DNA from: a virus
Lineage: Duplodnaviria > Caudoviricetes
IMG/VR virus record: IMGVR_UViG_3300045391_005708
Location: 16,759-80,758 of that record
Direction: 5' to 3' (one strand)
DNA length: 64,000 bases
A program made the position numbers and the translations under genes. Below are positions 51,309 through 60,230 of this stretch, piece by piece. Under the pieces are notes generated by a model. That model was not told the origin of the DNA. It made no database searches and worked only from the letters and a program-made list of their open reading frames with translations. Each line of letters starts with the position of its first letter. Position 1 is the stretch's first letter.

Positions 51309-51638
51309 ATGTACGAGACGGAGACCCGCCGACAGGCGGACGCCCACTGGGCGGAGCAGCAGGCGCGCGTCGGGCCGGACCTGGGCCCGGGCAACCTGGC
51401 CGTCCACCAGGCGACGGCCAACCTCCAGCGGGCGCTGGAGGTCGTGGGCAACCGCGTCGACGACATGGAGCAACGCCTCCAGCCGGTCCTCGGGCCGGAC
51501 TACTCGACCACCGAGGCGAGCCCGGGAGAGCCGAGGCGGGAGACGTCCCCGGTCGCGGAGACGGTCGGCCTCGCCGCCGACCAGGCCGAGCGGCTCGCCG
51601 TGCGGCTCCAGACGCTCCTGGACCGGCTGGAGGTCTGA
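51309..51638 (+). CDS. coiled-coil hypothetical protein
   Basis: RBS AGGAGAG before ATG 51309. Confidence 0.65.
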   Translation: MYETETRRQADAHWAEQQARVGPDLGPGNLAVHQATANLQRALEVVGNRVDDMEQRLQPVLGPDYSTTEASPGEPRRETSPVAETVGLAADQAERLAVRLQTLLDRLEV

Positions 51639-51639
51639 C

Positions 51640-51813
51640 GTGGCGCTCGCGACGCTCACCAGCGCCGACACGGGCGAGCCCCTGTTCGTCAACCCCGGGC
51701 GCGTCTCGTGCTTCCGGGGGCACGAGGACGGCACCGAGTTGATCTTCGACGGGGGCGGCATGGTCGTCTCCGAGGACCCCGGGGAGGTCGCCCAGGCCCT
51801 GTCCGGGGCCTGA
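51640..51813 (+). CDS. FlbD-like small protein (57 aa, not in ORF track)
   Basis: LATLT..GEPLFVNP..V..DGTELIF..VVSEDPGEV pattern. Confidence 0.55.
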   Translation: MALATLTSADTGEPLFVNPGRVSCFRGHEDGTELIFDGGGMVVSEDPGEVAQALSGA

Positions 51814-51827
51814 CGGCGCGCCGAGGC

Positions 51828-51853
51828 CCCCGGCCCGCTCGGGAGGGCCGGGG
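51828..51853 (+). terminator. GC-rich hairpin before promoter copy 3
   Basis: CCCCGGCCC / GGGCCGGGG 9-bp stem. Confidence 0.45.
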
Positions 51854-51862
51854 CCGCCGCGC

Positions 51863-51943
51863 GGAAAAACCTCGCCGAAAAGGTTGCATTTCGCAACTGC
51901 ACGTGTTATGATGGTCCCCCAGGAACCACCGAGAGGAAACCGA
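51863..51943 (+). promoter_or_regulatory. early-type promoter copy 3 plus RBS
   Basis: TTGCAT 51884-51889, 17 nt, TATGAT 51907-51912; ACCGAGAGGAAACCGA. Confidence 0.85.
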
Positions 51944-51948
51944 CCGCC

Positions 51949-52563
51949 ATGACCGCCACCACCCGCCGCTCCACCCCCGGCCAGCACTCCTTCCTGAAGG
52001 ACCTGATCGAGGGCCGCGACCTCACCCCCGGCGCCCGGGCCGCCGTCGACCAGGCCCGCGCCGCGGCCCTCAGCCCGGAGGGGCTGGCCTTCGCCGTGGC
52101 CAGCAGCCTGATCGACCTGCTCAAGACCATGCCCCGCAAGGGCGCCGACGCCCCGGCCGAGCAGGCCGAGCCCGGCTTCTACGTCCTGGTCGACGGCACC
52201 GCCGTCCAGGTCAAGCACAACCGCGAGAAGACCCACACCTACGCGAGCGTCTGGGGCGGCTCGTCCTGGGACTACGCCCCGGGCCTCGGCCGCCGCCTCG
52301 CGGGCATGGCCCCGATGACCGCCGAGCAGGCCGCCCACCTGGGCCTGGCCTCCGGCCGGTGCGTCGCCTGCTGCAAGCCCCTGGGCGGCGACACCGTGAC
52401 CGCCAAGGTGAGCGCCCTGATCGGCTACGGCGAGATCTGCGCCGGGCACCACGGGTGGGCCTACCCCAAGGGCGCGGCCGCCCAGCGCGAGTACCTGGCC
52501 GCCCGCGCCGTCGCCGCCGCCGATGAGGCCTGTTCCTGCACCGACCCGTACTGCCAGGTCTGA
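51949..52563 (+). CDS. DUF6011-like zinc-finger protein
   Basis: GRCVACCKPL..SALIGYGEICA. Confidence 0.75.
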   Translation: MTATTRRSTPGQHSFLKDLIEGRDLTPGARAAVDQARAAALSPEGLAFAVASSLIDLLKTMPRKGADAPAEQAEPGFYVLVDGTAVQVKHNREKTHTYASVWGGSSWDYAPGLGRRLAGMAPMTAEQAAHLGLASGRCVACCKPLGGDTVTAKVSALIGYGEICAGHHGWAYPKGAAAQREYLAARAVAAADEACSCTDPYCQV

Positions 52564-52570
52564 CAACCCC

Positions 52571-52596
52571 GGGCGGGGGCCGCCGAGCCCCCGCCC
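52571..52596 (+). terminator. 10-bp hairpin before a conserved RBS
   Basis: GGGCGGGGGC-CGCCGA-GCCCCCGCCC. Confidence 0.55.
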
Positions 52597-52617
52597 ACCA
52601 CCCGAGAGGAAACCGAG

Positions 52618-52689
52618 ATGAGCCGCTCTGCCTGCACCGGCTGCTGGACCGTCCTGCCCGCCACGGGCGTCTGCGACAACTGCTCATGA
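52618..52689 (+). CDS. 23-aa micro zinc-ribbon protein
   Basis: Full conserved RBS CCGAGAGGAAACCGAG; MSRSACTGCWTVLPATGVCDNCS; ATGA overlap with next gene. Confidence 0.65.
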   Translation: MSRSACTGCWTVLPATGVCDNCS

Positions 52690-52937
52690 GGCAGGAGTGG
52701 CAGATCGCGAACGGGTCGTCGACGGCGCACCTCGTCGACCTGGACAAGCCGCAGTGGAGGAACCCCGACGGCTCGCGGCGGCGGACCGGCCCTCGTGCTG
52801 CGTGTGGCCGGTCGCCGCAGCGGAACGCCGACGGCATCTGGTGGTCGTGGCCCGCTGACGAGCCGTTCCCCTGGCCCACCCTGCATCCCCAGAAGCGTTG
52901 CCCCGACTGCCTCGACAAACAAGGAGAAAACCGATGA
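52686..52937 (+). CDS. hypothetical protein (83 aa, Cys-containing)
   Basis: ATGA overlaps on both sides. Confidence 0.65.
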   Translation: MRQEWQIANGSSTAHLVDLDKPQWRNPDGSRRRTGPRAACGRSPQRNADGIWWSWPADEPFPWPTLHPQKRCPDCLDKQGENR

Positions 52938-53857
52938 GGGAAGCGTTCGTGGGCCAGAACTTCCGGCAGGAACGCCTGGACACCATCGCCCTGGTCAACC
53001 AGGTCTGCGAGGAGTACGCCGCGCAGGGCTACAACCTGACCCTGCGGCAGGTGTACTACCAGTTCGTCGCCCGCGGCTGGGGCGAGAACGGCCAGAAGGC
53101 GTACAAGCGCCTGGGCGACACGATCTCGGAGGGCCGCATGGCGGGCCTCATCGACTGGTCGCACATCGAGGACCGGGCGCGCAACGTCGCCGGGTCGTTC
53201 GCGGGCTGGGACGACCCGGGCCAGTTCATCGAGGGCGTCAAGGACGGGTACTACGAGGCGCTGTGGGAGGGCCAGGTCTACCGACCCGAGGTCTGGGTCG
53301 AGAAGGAGTCCCTGGTCGACATCGTGGCCCGGGCGTGCGGGCGGCGGCGCGTGCCGCACCTGGCCTGCAAGGGCTACATGAGCCAGTCGGAGATGTACTC
53401 CGCCGCCAAGAGGATGCGCCGCCGCTGGCTGGACGGCCTGCAGCCGCTCGTGATCCACCTGGGCGACCACGACCCGTCCGGCGTCGACATGACCCGCGAC
53501 ATCGAGGACCGCCTGTCCCTCATGGCGGGGTTCCGCGTCGACGTGCGCCGGGTGGCCCTCAACATGGACCAGATCGAGGAGTACCAGCCCCCGCCGTTCT
53601 GGGCCAAGGTCACCGACAGCCGGGCGCGGGGCTACATCGCCGAGTACGGCGAGGACTCCTGGGAACTCGACGCCCTGGACCCGCCGGTCCTGGACGCCGT
53701 GATCCAGGGCGCGGTCGAGCCCCTGGTGGACGGGACGGCCTGGGACGAGGCCGAGGCGCGGCAGCGGGAGAACCAGGACCGGATCAACACCATCGCCGAC
53801 CGCTGGGGCGACCTGGAGGACCGCTGGGACGACGTGCTCGCGGTGCTGGACCGATGA
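52934..53857 (+). CDS. TopoVI-A/Spo11-like TOPRIM domain protein
   Basis: LTLRQVYYQ, EVWVEKES, GYMSQS, LGDHDPSG, RVALN..QI, SWELDAL. Confidence 0.85.
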   Translation: MREAFVGQNFRQERLDTIALVNQVCEEYAAQGYNLTLRQVYYQFVARGWGENGQKAYKRLGDTISEGRMAGLIDWSHIEDRARNVAGSFAGWDDPGQFIEGVKDGYYEALWEGQVYRPEVWVEKESLVDIVARACGRRRVPHLACKGYMSQSEMYSAAKRMRRRWLDGLQPLVIHLGDHDPSGVDMTRDIEDRLSLMAGFRVDVRRVALNMDQIEEYQPPPFWAKVTDSRARGYIAEYGEDSWELDALDPPVLDAVIQGAVEPLVDGTAWDEAEARQRENQDRINTIADRWGDLEDRWDDVLAVLDR

Positions 53858-54078
53858 GCGCCGCCTGGCACGCCACGCTGGCCGTCCTGTGGGTCTTCTG
53901 GCCCTGGCTGGCCGCCGGGCTCACCGCGACCCTGGTCGTGTCCCTGGTGGACAGGGACGACCAGGTGGGGGTGCCGGAGGACCTGCGCGCGGCCCGTGGC
54001 TGCGTGCTGGGCCTGCTGATCTCCCTGGCCCTGGCCCTCGTCGTCTTCGGCGGGCTGTGGCTCACCTGGAGAACCTGA
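53854..54078 (+). CDS. small membrane protein
   Basis: Two TM segments; ATGA overlap. Confidence 0.65.
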   Translation: MSAAWHATLAVLWVFWPWLAAGLTATLVVSLVDRDDQVGVPEDLRAARGCVLGLLISLALALVVFGGLWLTWRT

Positions 54079-54087
54079 CCGAGGGGG

Positions 54088-54162
54088 TTGCATTCTGCGA
54101 CTGCACGTGTTATGATGGACCCGACGCCGCCGACCGGCGGCCCGCACCGAGAGGAAACCGAG
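54088..54162 (+). promoter_or_regulatory. early-type promoter copy 4 plus RBS
   Basis: TTGCAT 54088-54093, 17 nt, TATGAT 54111-54116; 6-bp hairpin; ACCGAGAGGAAACCGAG. Confidence 0.85.
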
Positions 54163-54735
54163 ATGTCACCGAGCAAGGGCACCACCTGGGCACCCGAGGA
54201 CGCGACCGCGTTCCTCCGCTGGGTACCCGCCGAGCAGCACCGCCAGTCGTCCGACCCGGACGGCGCGTCGCTCCACTACCTCGTCCACGTCGACGACGAC
54301 CTGATCGACCTGTTCCTGGCGGAGGTCGGCGACCCGGGCACCGGCCGACCGGCCGACGGCTTCTACCTCGTGCACGTCGGCGGCGCGGGCCAGGTCGACG
54401 CCGAGTTCTTCGGCGAGGACGAGGACGCCGCCACGCGCGCCACGTGGCCCTGGGTGGCCGACTACCTGGAGGGCGACGACGGCCACGACGGCGACCTGCC
54501 GACCATGCACGTCGAGAGCGTCCACAAGCCCGCCCAGGCCGCCGCCCGCGCCTCCGCGGTCGTCGTGACCGAGGACGAGCACACGTACGACGAGATCCTG
54601 GACCACGGCCTCGCGGCCCTGGGCGAGACGCGCCGGGGCCTGTTCGGCTACGGCGTCGAGGGGCACCGCGGGTTCGACAAGCCCGGGCGCACCCTGCACC
54701 CGGGCACGTACACCGTCTACGCGGACCGGGACTGA
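54163..54735 (+). CDS. acidic hypothetical protein
   Basis: First gene after promoter and RBS. Confidence 0.75.
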   Translation: MSPSKGTTWAPEDATAFLRWVPAEQHRQSSDPDGASLHYLVHVDDDLIDLFLAEVGDPGTGRPADGFYLVHVGGAGQVDAEFFGEDEDAATRATWPWVADYLEGDDGHDGDLPTMHVESVHKPAQAAARASAVVVTEDEHTYDEILDHGLAALGETRRGLFGYGVEGHRGFDKPGRTLHPGTYTVYADRD

Positions 54736-54738
54736 GCC

Positions 54739-55008
54739 GTGAAGGTCAGCGACGCGCACCTGGAGCAGATGCGCGAGAAGATCCGGTCGACCGGCCTGGA
54801 CAACGACTCCAACCGGGCCATCTACCGCGACCGGCGGATACCCCGCGGCGACGCCGTGCGGGACATCGACAGGAGGTACCGCTGGGACCTCTACTGGGCC
54901 GCCGCGCGGCTGACCGGCGGGATGCCGGGCAGCGAGGAAGGGTACGACGACGCGCACGTCGACACTGCGCTGCGGTCCATCGTGGCGCCCCTGGAGGAGA
55001 GGCCATGA
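54739..55008 (+). CDS. hypothetical protein (RYRWDL..HVDTALRSI family)
   Basis: 89 aa; recurrent phage motif RWD..D.H.DTAL. Confidence 0.7.
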   Translation: MKVSDAHLEQMREKIRSTGLDNDSNRAIYRDRRIPRGDAVRDIDRRYRWDLYWAAARLTGGMPGSEEGYDDAHVDTALRSIVAPLEERP

Positions 55009-55478
55009 CCGAGCACCCGTTCGTCCCCGAGCACTGGGAGAACCCGACCCACCTGACGCACGACCCGCTGAACCCGGGCACCATCTGCCCGCACGGGTAC
55101 AAGCACCCGTCGCCGCACCCCTGCCCGGAGTGCGGCTTCGCCCCGGCCAGCCCGATGGAGATGGTCACGTACCAGATCGAGGGCGAGGCGTACCGCATCG
55201 CGTCTAGGTCCCTGCATCCGGGCGCGCTGTTCGCCTGGGAGTGGCTGGACGCGGACGGGGCCTGGCAGCCCCTGGGCTGCGTGTGCCACACCCTGCCGAC
55301 GAACAGGGCGCCGCAGGAGTCCCCGCGCCTGCCGCGCATCGAGGTCACCCGCAACGACGCCGGGAACGTCGTGGTCGAGGCCCTGCAGGGCGACGGCCGG
55401 ACGGCGGGCGTGTTCGTCTACCGGCGCCGGTCCGACGTGGAGCGGGCGCTGTTCGAGGCGATCGAGAAGGTCCTGTGA
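55005..55478 (+). CDS. hypothetical protein
   Basis: RBS GAGGAG; ATGA overlap. Confidence 0.65.
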   Translation: MTEHPFVPEHWENPTHLTHDPLNPGTICPHGYKHPSPHPCPECGFAPASPMEMVTYQIEGEAYRIASRSLHPGALFAWEWLDADGAWQPLGCVCHTLPTNRAPQESPRLPRIEVTRNDAGNVVVEALQGDGRTAGVFVYRRRSDVERALFEAIEKVL

Positions 55479-55870
55479 GCGGCGTCATCCGGGCGGCCGT
55501 CCCGGACATCGTTCCCTGGGATGCGGTCGCGTCCAGGTACGCGTCGCCGGTCCCCGGCCTGGCCGACGCCGTGGCCCACCAGGTCGCGGAGGCGGCCGTT
55601 CCGGTCGACGTGCTCCTGCGCTACGACGCCGCGGGCGACCTCGCCGGGGTGCTGCACCACTACCCCGAGGGCTTCCCGCTGACGGCGCGCCCCGGCGCCG
55701 TCGAGGTCTGGGTCCGGCCGGACGCCCGCGGCCTGGGCCACGCCCGGCTCCTCTGGGTCGAGGCCAAGCGACGCTGGGGCATCGACTGGCGGGACAGCGA
55801 GTACACGCCGGAGGGCGCGCGGGCCGTCGCCCACCACGAGGGCCTGGAGGTCGGCGATGGGCAGGAGTAG
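55475..55870 (+). CDS. GNAT-family acetyltransferase
   Basis: VWVRPDARGLGHARLL acetyl-CoA motif A; TPEG. Confidence 0.7.
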   Translation: MSGVIRAAVPDIVPWDAVASRYASPVPGLADAVAHQVAEAAVPVDVLLRYDAAGDLAGVLHHYPEGFPLTARPGAVEVWVRPDARGLGHARLLWVEAKRRWGIDWRDSEYTPEGARAVAHHEGLEVGDGQE

Positions 55871-56084
55871 CGGGCAGAAGTGGGACCGCCGGGTCCTGAA
55901 GGCCGTGCGCCACCTGGAGAGGCAGGGCTGCACCGTCCGCGTGCTGGACGGCCACCACATGATCCTCCGGCCGCCGGACTGCGGGGGCTGCACGCTCAAG
56001 GTGTCCGCCAGCCGACCGGCCGAGGACACCCTGGTCTTCCTGCGCCGCCAGTTCGCGGCCCCGAACGGGCTGAGCCTGCCGTGA
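55857..56084 (+). CDS. HicA-like mRNA interferase (putative)
   Basis: 75 aa; LERQGCTV..DGHHMIL..P..LKVSAS pattern. Confidence 0.55.
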   Translation: MGRSSGQKWDRRVLKAVRHLERQGCTVRVLDGHHMILRPPDCGGCTLKVSASRPAEDTLVFLRRQFAAPNGLSLP

Positions 56085-56416
56085 GCGCGCTGGACTACGC
56101 GGGCCTGGTCGGCAGGTACGTCCGCATGGAGCGGCCGCTAGTCGAGGTCGAGTACCTGGAGCGCCGGGCCGAGGGCCTGGAACCCGGCGCGCCCTGGGTG
56201 ATCGAGGGCACCGTGGCCTACGTCTACGACAACCCGGCCGGGCGCTCCGGCGGGCCGTGCGTCGAGGTCGTCATGGACTACGGCATGGGCACGCCCGTCT
56301 TCCCGGACGAGGAGTGGACGCTGCACGTCTGGGCCAGCGAGCGCGTCGCCGCGATCTTCGAGCCGACCGTCCGCGACGCGATCCGGCGCCGCCGGGCGTA
56401 CCAGGAGGGGCGTTGA
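56081..56416 (+). CDS. hypothetical protein
   Basis: GTGA overlap. Confidence 0.65.
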   Translation: MSALDYAGLVGRYVRMERPLVEVEYLERRAEGLEPGAPWVIEGTVAYVYDNPAGRSGGPCVEVVMDYGMGTPVFPDEEWTLHVWASERVAAIFEPTVRDAIRRRRAYQEGR

Positions 56417-57810
56417 ACTACGACCCGCGGCTGCACCCCTACCAACTGACGGCGATCGGGCACCTGCACGGGACCGGCGAGCGCGGCGCGGGCCTGTTCA
56501 TGGACATGGGCCTGGGCAAGACCGCCGTGTGCCTCCAGGCGCTCACGCCCGAGCACCTGCCCGCCCTGGTCGTGGCGCCGCTGCGCGTGGCCCGGGAGGT
56601 CTGGGAGGTCGAGCGCGACCTGTGGCGGCCGGACCTCTCCATGCAGGTCCTGGCCGACCTGGGGCCGACCAAGGAACTCAGGCAGGGCGAGCGGCGCCGG
56701 AGGCTGCTCCAGAGGCCGCCGACCGACGTGACCGTCGTAAGCCGCGGGCAGGTCGACGTGCTCTACAACAGGGTGCACCCGTACAAGACCCTCATCGTAG
56801 ACGAGTTGTCCGGCTACAAGACGTACGGCGCCGTCCGGTCGAGGAACACCCGGCACGTCGCGTTCCGCACCGAGCACACCTGGGGCCTGACCGGCACGCC
56901 CGCCCCGAACGGCCTGCTGGACCTGTGGCACGAGGTCTACCTGCTGGACAGGGGGAGGCGCCTCGGCGACACCTTCGGGGGCTACCGGCAGCGGTACTTC
57001 GAGGTCACCAGGCGGCACAAGAGGACCGACGAGGCGATCGAGTGGGGCCCGAAGCCCGGCGCCGAGCAGGCGATCCACGACGCCGTGTACGACCTCTGCC
57101 TGTCCATGAAGAAGGAGGACTACCTGCCGGACCTGCCGGAACTCCTGGTCAACCCGGTGAACGTCACGATGACCCCGGACTGCAAGAGGGCGTACCGCGA
57201 CATGGAGCGCGACCTCGTGGCCGACCTCCGGCTCCTGGGCGGGGGCGTCCACTCCGCGGCGAACGCGGCCGCGCTCTCCATGAAGTTGAGGCAACTCACG
57301 GCGGGCTTCATCTACGCCGACCAGGACACGACGCGGTTCACCCGCCTGATGGACGCGAAGACCGACGCCCTGCTGGAGATCTGGGACGGCACGAGCGACA
57401 ACCTCCTGGTCTTCTACCAGTTCGTCGAGGAGAAGGACAACCTGCTCCGGCGCCTGGACGGCCGCGGCGGCCGCCCGAGGGCGCGGTTCATCGACGAGCC
57501 CGGCGCGATCAAGGCGTGGAACCGCCGCGAGGTCGAGGTCATGGTGGCCCACCCGCGGTCGGCCGGGCACGGCCTCAACCTGCAGCACGGCGGCCACACC
57601 CAGGTCTGGACCTCCCTGACCTGGGAACTGGAGGCGTGGCTGCAGGGCATCGACCGCATGCACCGCCAGGGCCAGCGTGACAACGTGGTCGCCCACGTGC
57701 TGTGCGTGCCCGGCACGCTGGACCGGCACATCCTCCGGCGCCTCGCCGCCAAGGAGCAGACCCAGGACGCCCTGCTGGACTACTGCCGGGAGGCGGGGCT
57801 CTTCCTCTGA
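56413..57810 (+). CDS. SNF2-family DNA helicase
   Basis: TTG start; FMDMGLGKT, IVDELS, LTGTP, HPRSAGHGLNLQHGG, RMHRQGQ. Confidence 0.92.
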   Translation: MNYDPRLHPYQLTAIGHLHGTGERGAGLFMDMGLGKTAVCLQALTPEHLPALVVAPLRVAREVWEVERDLWRPDLSMQVLADLGPTKELRQGERRRRLLQRPPTDVTVVSRGQVDVLYNRVHPYKTLIVDELSGYKTYGAVRSRNTRHVAFRTEHTWGLTGTPAPNGLLDLWHEVYLLDRGRRLGDTFGGYRQRYFEVTRRHKRTDEAIEWGPKPGAEQAIHDAVYDLCLSMKKEDYLPDLPELLVNPVNVTMTPDCKRAYRDMERDLVADLRLLGGGVHSAANAAALSMKLRQLTAGFIYADQDTTRFTRLMDAKTDALLEIWDGTSDNLLVFYQFVEEKDNLLRRLDGRGGRPRARFIDEPGAIKAWNRREVEVMVAHPRSAGHGLNLQHGGHTQVWTSLTWELEAWLQGIDRMHRQGQRDNVVAHVLCVPGTLDRHILRRLAAKEQTQDALLDYCREAGLFL

Positions 57811-57818
57811 GCGGGGAC

Positions 57819-57895
57819 TTGCATTTCTCGTCTGCACGTGTTATGATGGCCCCTCGGGCGCCGCGAGGGCGCCGACAGACCGAGAGGAAACCGAC
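57819..57895 (+). promoter_or_regulatory. early-type promoter copy 5 plus RBS
   Basis: TTGCAT 57819-57824, 17 nt, TATGAT 57842-57847; ACCGAGAGGAAACCGAC. Confidence 0.85.
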
Positions 57896-58636
57896 ATGAC
57901 CCGCACCGCACTGGCCGCCTTGGCGGCCGCCGCCGCGGTCTTCGCCGCGCCCGCCGCGGCCCGGGCCGCCGACCCCGCCGACGCCGCCGTCCAGGCCTGC
58001 GTCGACTCCCACCCGGGCGCCGTGACCGAGAAGGCCGTGGAGGACAGCCTCGACGGCATGTCCGGCGACGGCGGCGCCCTGGCCGCCCAGGACAACCTCG
58101 TGTGCGTCGGCCGGTACGTCGTCGGCTCGCCCGGAGACGACACCTACCTCGTCGTGCCCGGCACCGCGGGCATCACCGTGCCCCACGTGGACAACGAGTC
58201 GCCCGACCTGGGCAAGGCCGACCCCGGCACCGACACGCTGTCCCTCGCCGACTGGACCGAGCCCTACTCGGGCAGCGGCCCGGTGAACATGCTGTCCCTC
58301 CTGGACACGCCCGAGGTCCAGGTGCTCACCCCGCTGGGCGACGTGATCAACCCCGCCGACGAGGGCCGGACGTGCAACGACCTGACGGCCAGCGACGCCG
58401 CGATCCGCACCGGGGCCGGGAGCGACGCCGTGTACTGCGTGGCCGTCGCGACCGTCTCGACCGGGACCGGCGCCGACGAGGTGACCGGGACCGGCGGCAG
58501 CCAGGTCGTCCGCCTCGGCCCGGGCGCCGACCAGGCGACCGTCACCGGGGGCGGCGCCGACACCGTGCGCGGCGGCGCGGGCAGCGACACCGTGGCCCGC
58601 TCCGGCAACGACACGGTGTACTCCGCGCACCGCTGA
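57896..58636 (+). CDS. secreted protein with C-terminal RTX-like Gly-rich repeats
   Basis: Ala-rich signal peptide ..AARA|AD; TGTGADEV, LGPGADQA, GGGADTV, GGAGSDTV, SGNDTV. Confidence 0.8.
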   Translation: MTRTALAALAAAAAVFAAPAAARAADPADAAVQACVDSHPGAVTEKAVEDSLDGMSGDGGALAAQDNLVCVGRYVVGSPGDDTYLVVPGTAGITVPHVDNESPDLGKADPGTDTLSLADWTEPYSGSGPVNMLSLLDTPEVQVLTPLGDVINPADEGRTCNDLTASDAAIRTGAGSDAVYCVAVATVSTGTGADEVTGTGGSQVVRLGPGADQATVTGGGADTVRGGAGSDTVARSGNDTVYSAHR

Positions 58637-58655
58637 AACTCTTCCCCGGAAGGGG

Positions 58656-58720
58656 TTGCATTTTCGGTCTGCACGCGGTATGATGGGCGGACCGAAGCCG
58701 AAACCGAGAGGAAACCGACC
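58656..58720 (+). promoter_or_regulatory. early-type promoter copy 6 plus RBS
   Basis: TTGCAT 58656-58661, 17 nt, TATGAT 58679-58684; ACCGAGAGGAAACCGAC. Confidence 0.85.
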
Positions 58721-58864
58721 ATGTACCAGTTCCGAGCCTACGGGAGCCTCTGGCCCGACACCCCCGCCGCGGTGGGCGTCGTCGGCACCGAGAGCGAGGC
58801 CGTCGTGGCCCGCCTCGCCGAGTCCCGCCCCGAGACGATCTACTTCCGGGTGGAGGGGTCGTGA
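58721..58864 (+). CDS. small hypothetical protein (47 aa, not in ORF track)
   Basis: Directly behind conserved RBS; GTGA overlap with next gene. Confidence 0.65.
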   Translation: MYQFRAYGSLWPDTPAAVGVVGTESEAVVARLAESRPETIYFRVEGS

Positions 58865-59100
58865 GCACCTTCGAGGAGAGGCACGGCGCGATCGACGCCG
58901 TGCAGAGCGGCCCCGCGACCCTGGTCCAGGGCGACCCCGACCTGACCGGCTACGAGGACGAGGCCCTGCTGCGGGCCTTCGCCGCCCTGACCCACCAGAT
59001 GCACGGCTCGCCCGAGGGCGAGCGCAGGGCCCACCACCGCGCCCAGCGCGACCTGGTGGAGGCCGAGGTCCTGCGCAGGATGGGGTCGTACCGTGTCTAG
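58861..59100 (+). CDS. hypothetical protein
   Basis: 79 aa, tight packing. Confidence 0.65.
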   Translation: MSTFEERHGAIDAVQSGPATLVQGDPDLTGYEDEALLRAFAALTHQMHGSPEGERRAHHRAQRDLVEAEVLRRMGSYRV

Positions 59101-59278
59101 GCAGCGGCGCCACGTCGCGCACGACCTCGGGTCGATCCTCGTCGCCCTGGTCCTGCTGGCGATGGCCGTCGCCTCGCTGGTGACGGGCATGGCCTACCAC
59201 GACCCCTTCTATCTGGAGGTCGGGGCCGTCTCGGCGCTGTCCTCGGTCGCGACCTCCCTCCTGGCGAGGCTGCCGTGA
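59093..59278 (+). CDS. small membrane protein
   Basis: Two hydrophobic segments. Confidence 0.6.
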   Translation: MSRQRRHVAHDLGSILVALVLLAMAVASLVTGMAYHDPFYLEVGAVSALSSVATSLLARLP

Positions 59279-59523
59279 GCGGGATGCCGTGGGACCAGGA
59301 GGCCGAGAGCCCGCGCGAGCGGGAGTGCTTCGACCTCATGATGGACGCCGCCTTCGGCGACGACGAGCCCGACACGGAGACGGTCGACTACTGGCGCGAC
59401 GAGGGTCTGAAGGCCCGCCAGGCCCGCCTGTTCGCCGAGCCGGTCGTGATCCCGCCGCCCCCGCGCCGGAGGCGCAAGGTCAGGACCGTGCGGCTGAGCC
59501 CGGAAGACGAGGCCCTGCTGTGA
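59275..59523 (+). CDS. hypothetical protein
   Basis: 82 aa, GTGA overlaps. Confidence 0.55.
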   Translation: MSGMPWDQEAESPRERECFDLMMDAAFGDDEPDTETVDYWRDEGLKARQARLFAEPVVIPPPPRRRRKVRTVRLSPEDEALL

Positions 59524-60230
59524 GCCGCGTGGGCGTCGACCGGCGCTACTCCGACGAGGACGTGCGGCGCAACCCGGGCGTGGCCTTCGCCGCGGCGGAG
59601 CGCTACCTGGAGGGCTACACTGGCGAGTTCGACTTCCTCCTGGGCATGCAGATGCGCGTGTCCGAAGGGCTGGACCTGACGACCGGCATGGTGCGCGGCG
59701 TGCTGAACTGCATGCGCAACGACCCGCGCTGCGGCGCCCTGCCGGACCTGGAGGCGACGAGCGAGGACGAGGACCCTCCCGAGGCGCCGGTCCTGGCGCT
59801 CGTGCCGGACCCGTTGCCCTGCCCGTACGAGGGTACCGAGCACTCGATCCACTGGTACGAGGACGGCAGGTCGAACAACAGCCAGACGCACTGCGCGGGC
59901 TGGCACGCGATCAACCGGCGCCTGACCGAGAGGCGCGTGAGGTTCCACAGGGACTACGTGAGGGGCGCCAACAGCAACGTCATCCACCGCTGCACGCACG
60001 AGGGCTTCATCACCTGGTTCCCGCCGTTCCACTCGTGGGGCATGGCGAGGGCGTCGATCTGGACGGTCGGCCGGGGCTGCACCCCGAACGCCTTCCCGCT
60101 GAAGCGGGCGACCACCCTGACGGCCGCCGAGGTCCGCGAGCAGGAGCCGTACGACGGCGCGCCGGGCGACGCGGTCCGGCTGTGCAGGCAGTGCTTCCCA
60201 GGGACAAACGACGAGAGGGTAGGACGATGA
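59520..60230 (+). CDS. hypothetical protein with Cys/His motifs
   Basis: YL..YTGEFDFL..M..L..G.VRGVLNCM; CPY..H..HC; LCRQC. Confidence 0.7.
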   Translation: MSRVGVDRRYSDEDVRRNPGVAFAAAERYLEGYTGEFDFLLGMQMRVSEGLDLTTGMVRGVLNCMRNDPRCGALPDLEATSEDEDPPEAPVLALVPDPLPCPYEGTEHSIHWYEDGRSNNSQTHCAGWHAINRRLTERRVRFHRDYVRGANSNVIHRCTHEGFITWFPPFHSWGMARASIWTVGRGCTPNAFPLKRATTLTAAEVREQEPYDGAPGDAVRLCRQCFPGTNDERVGR

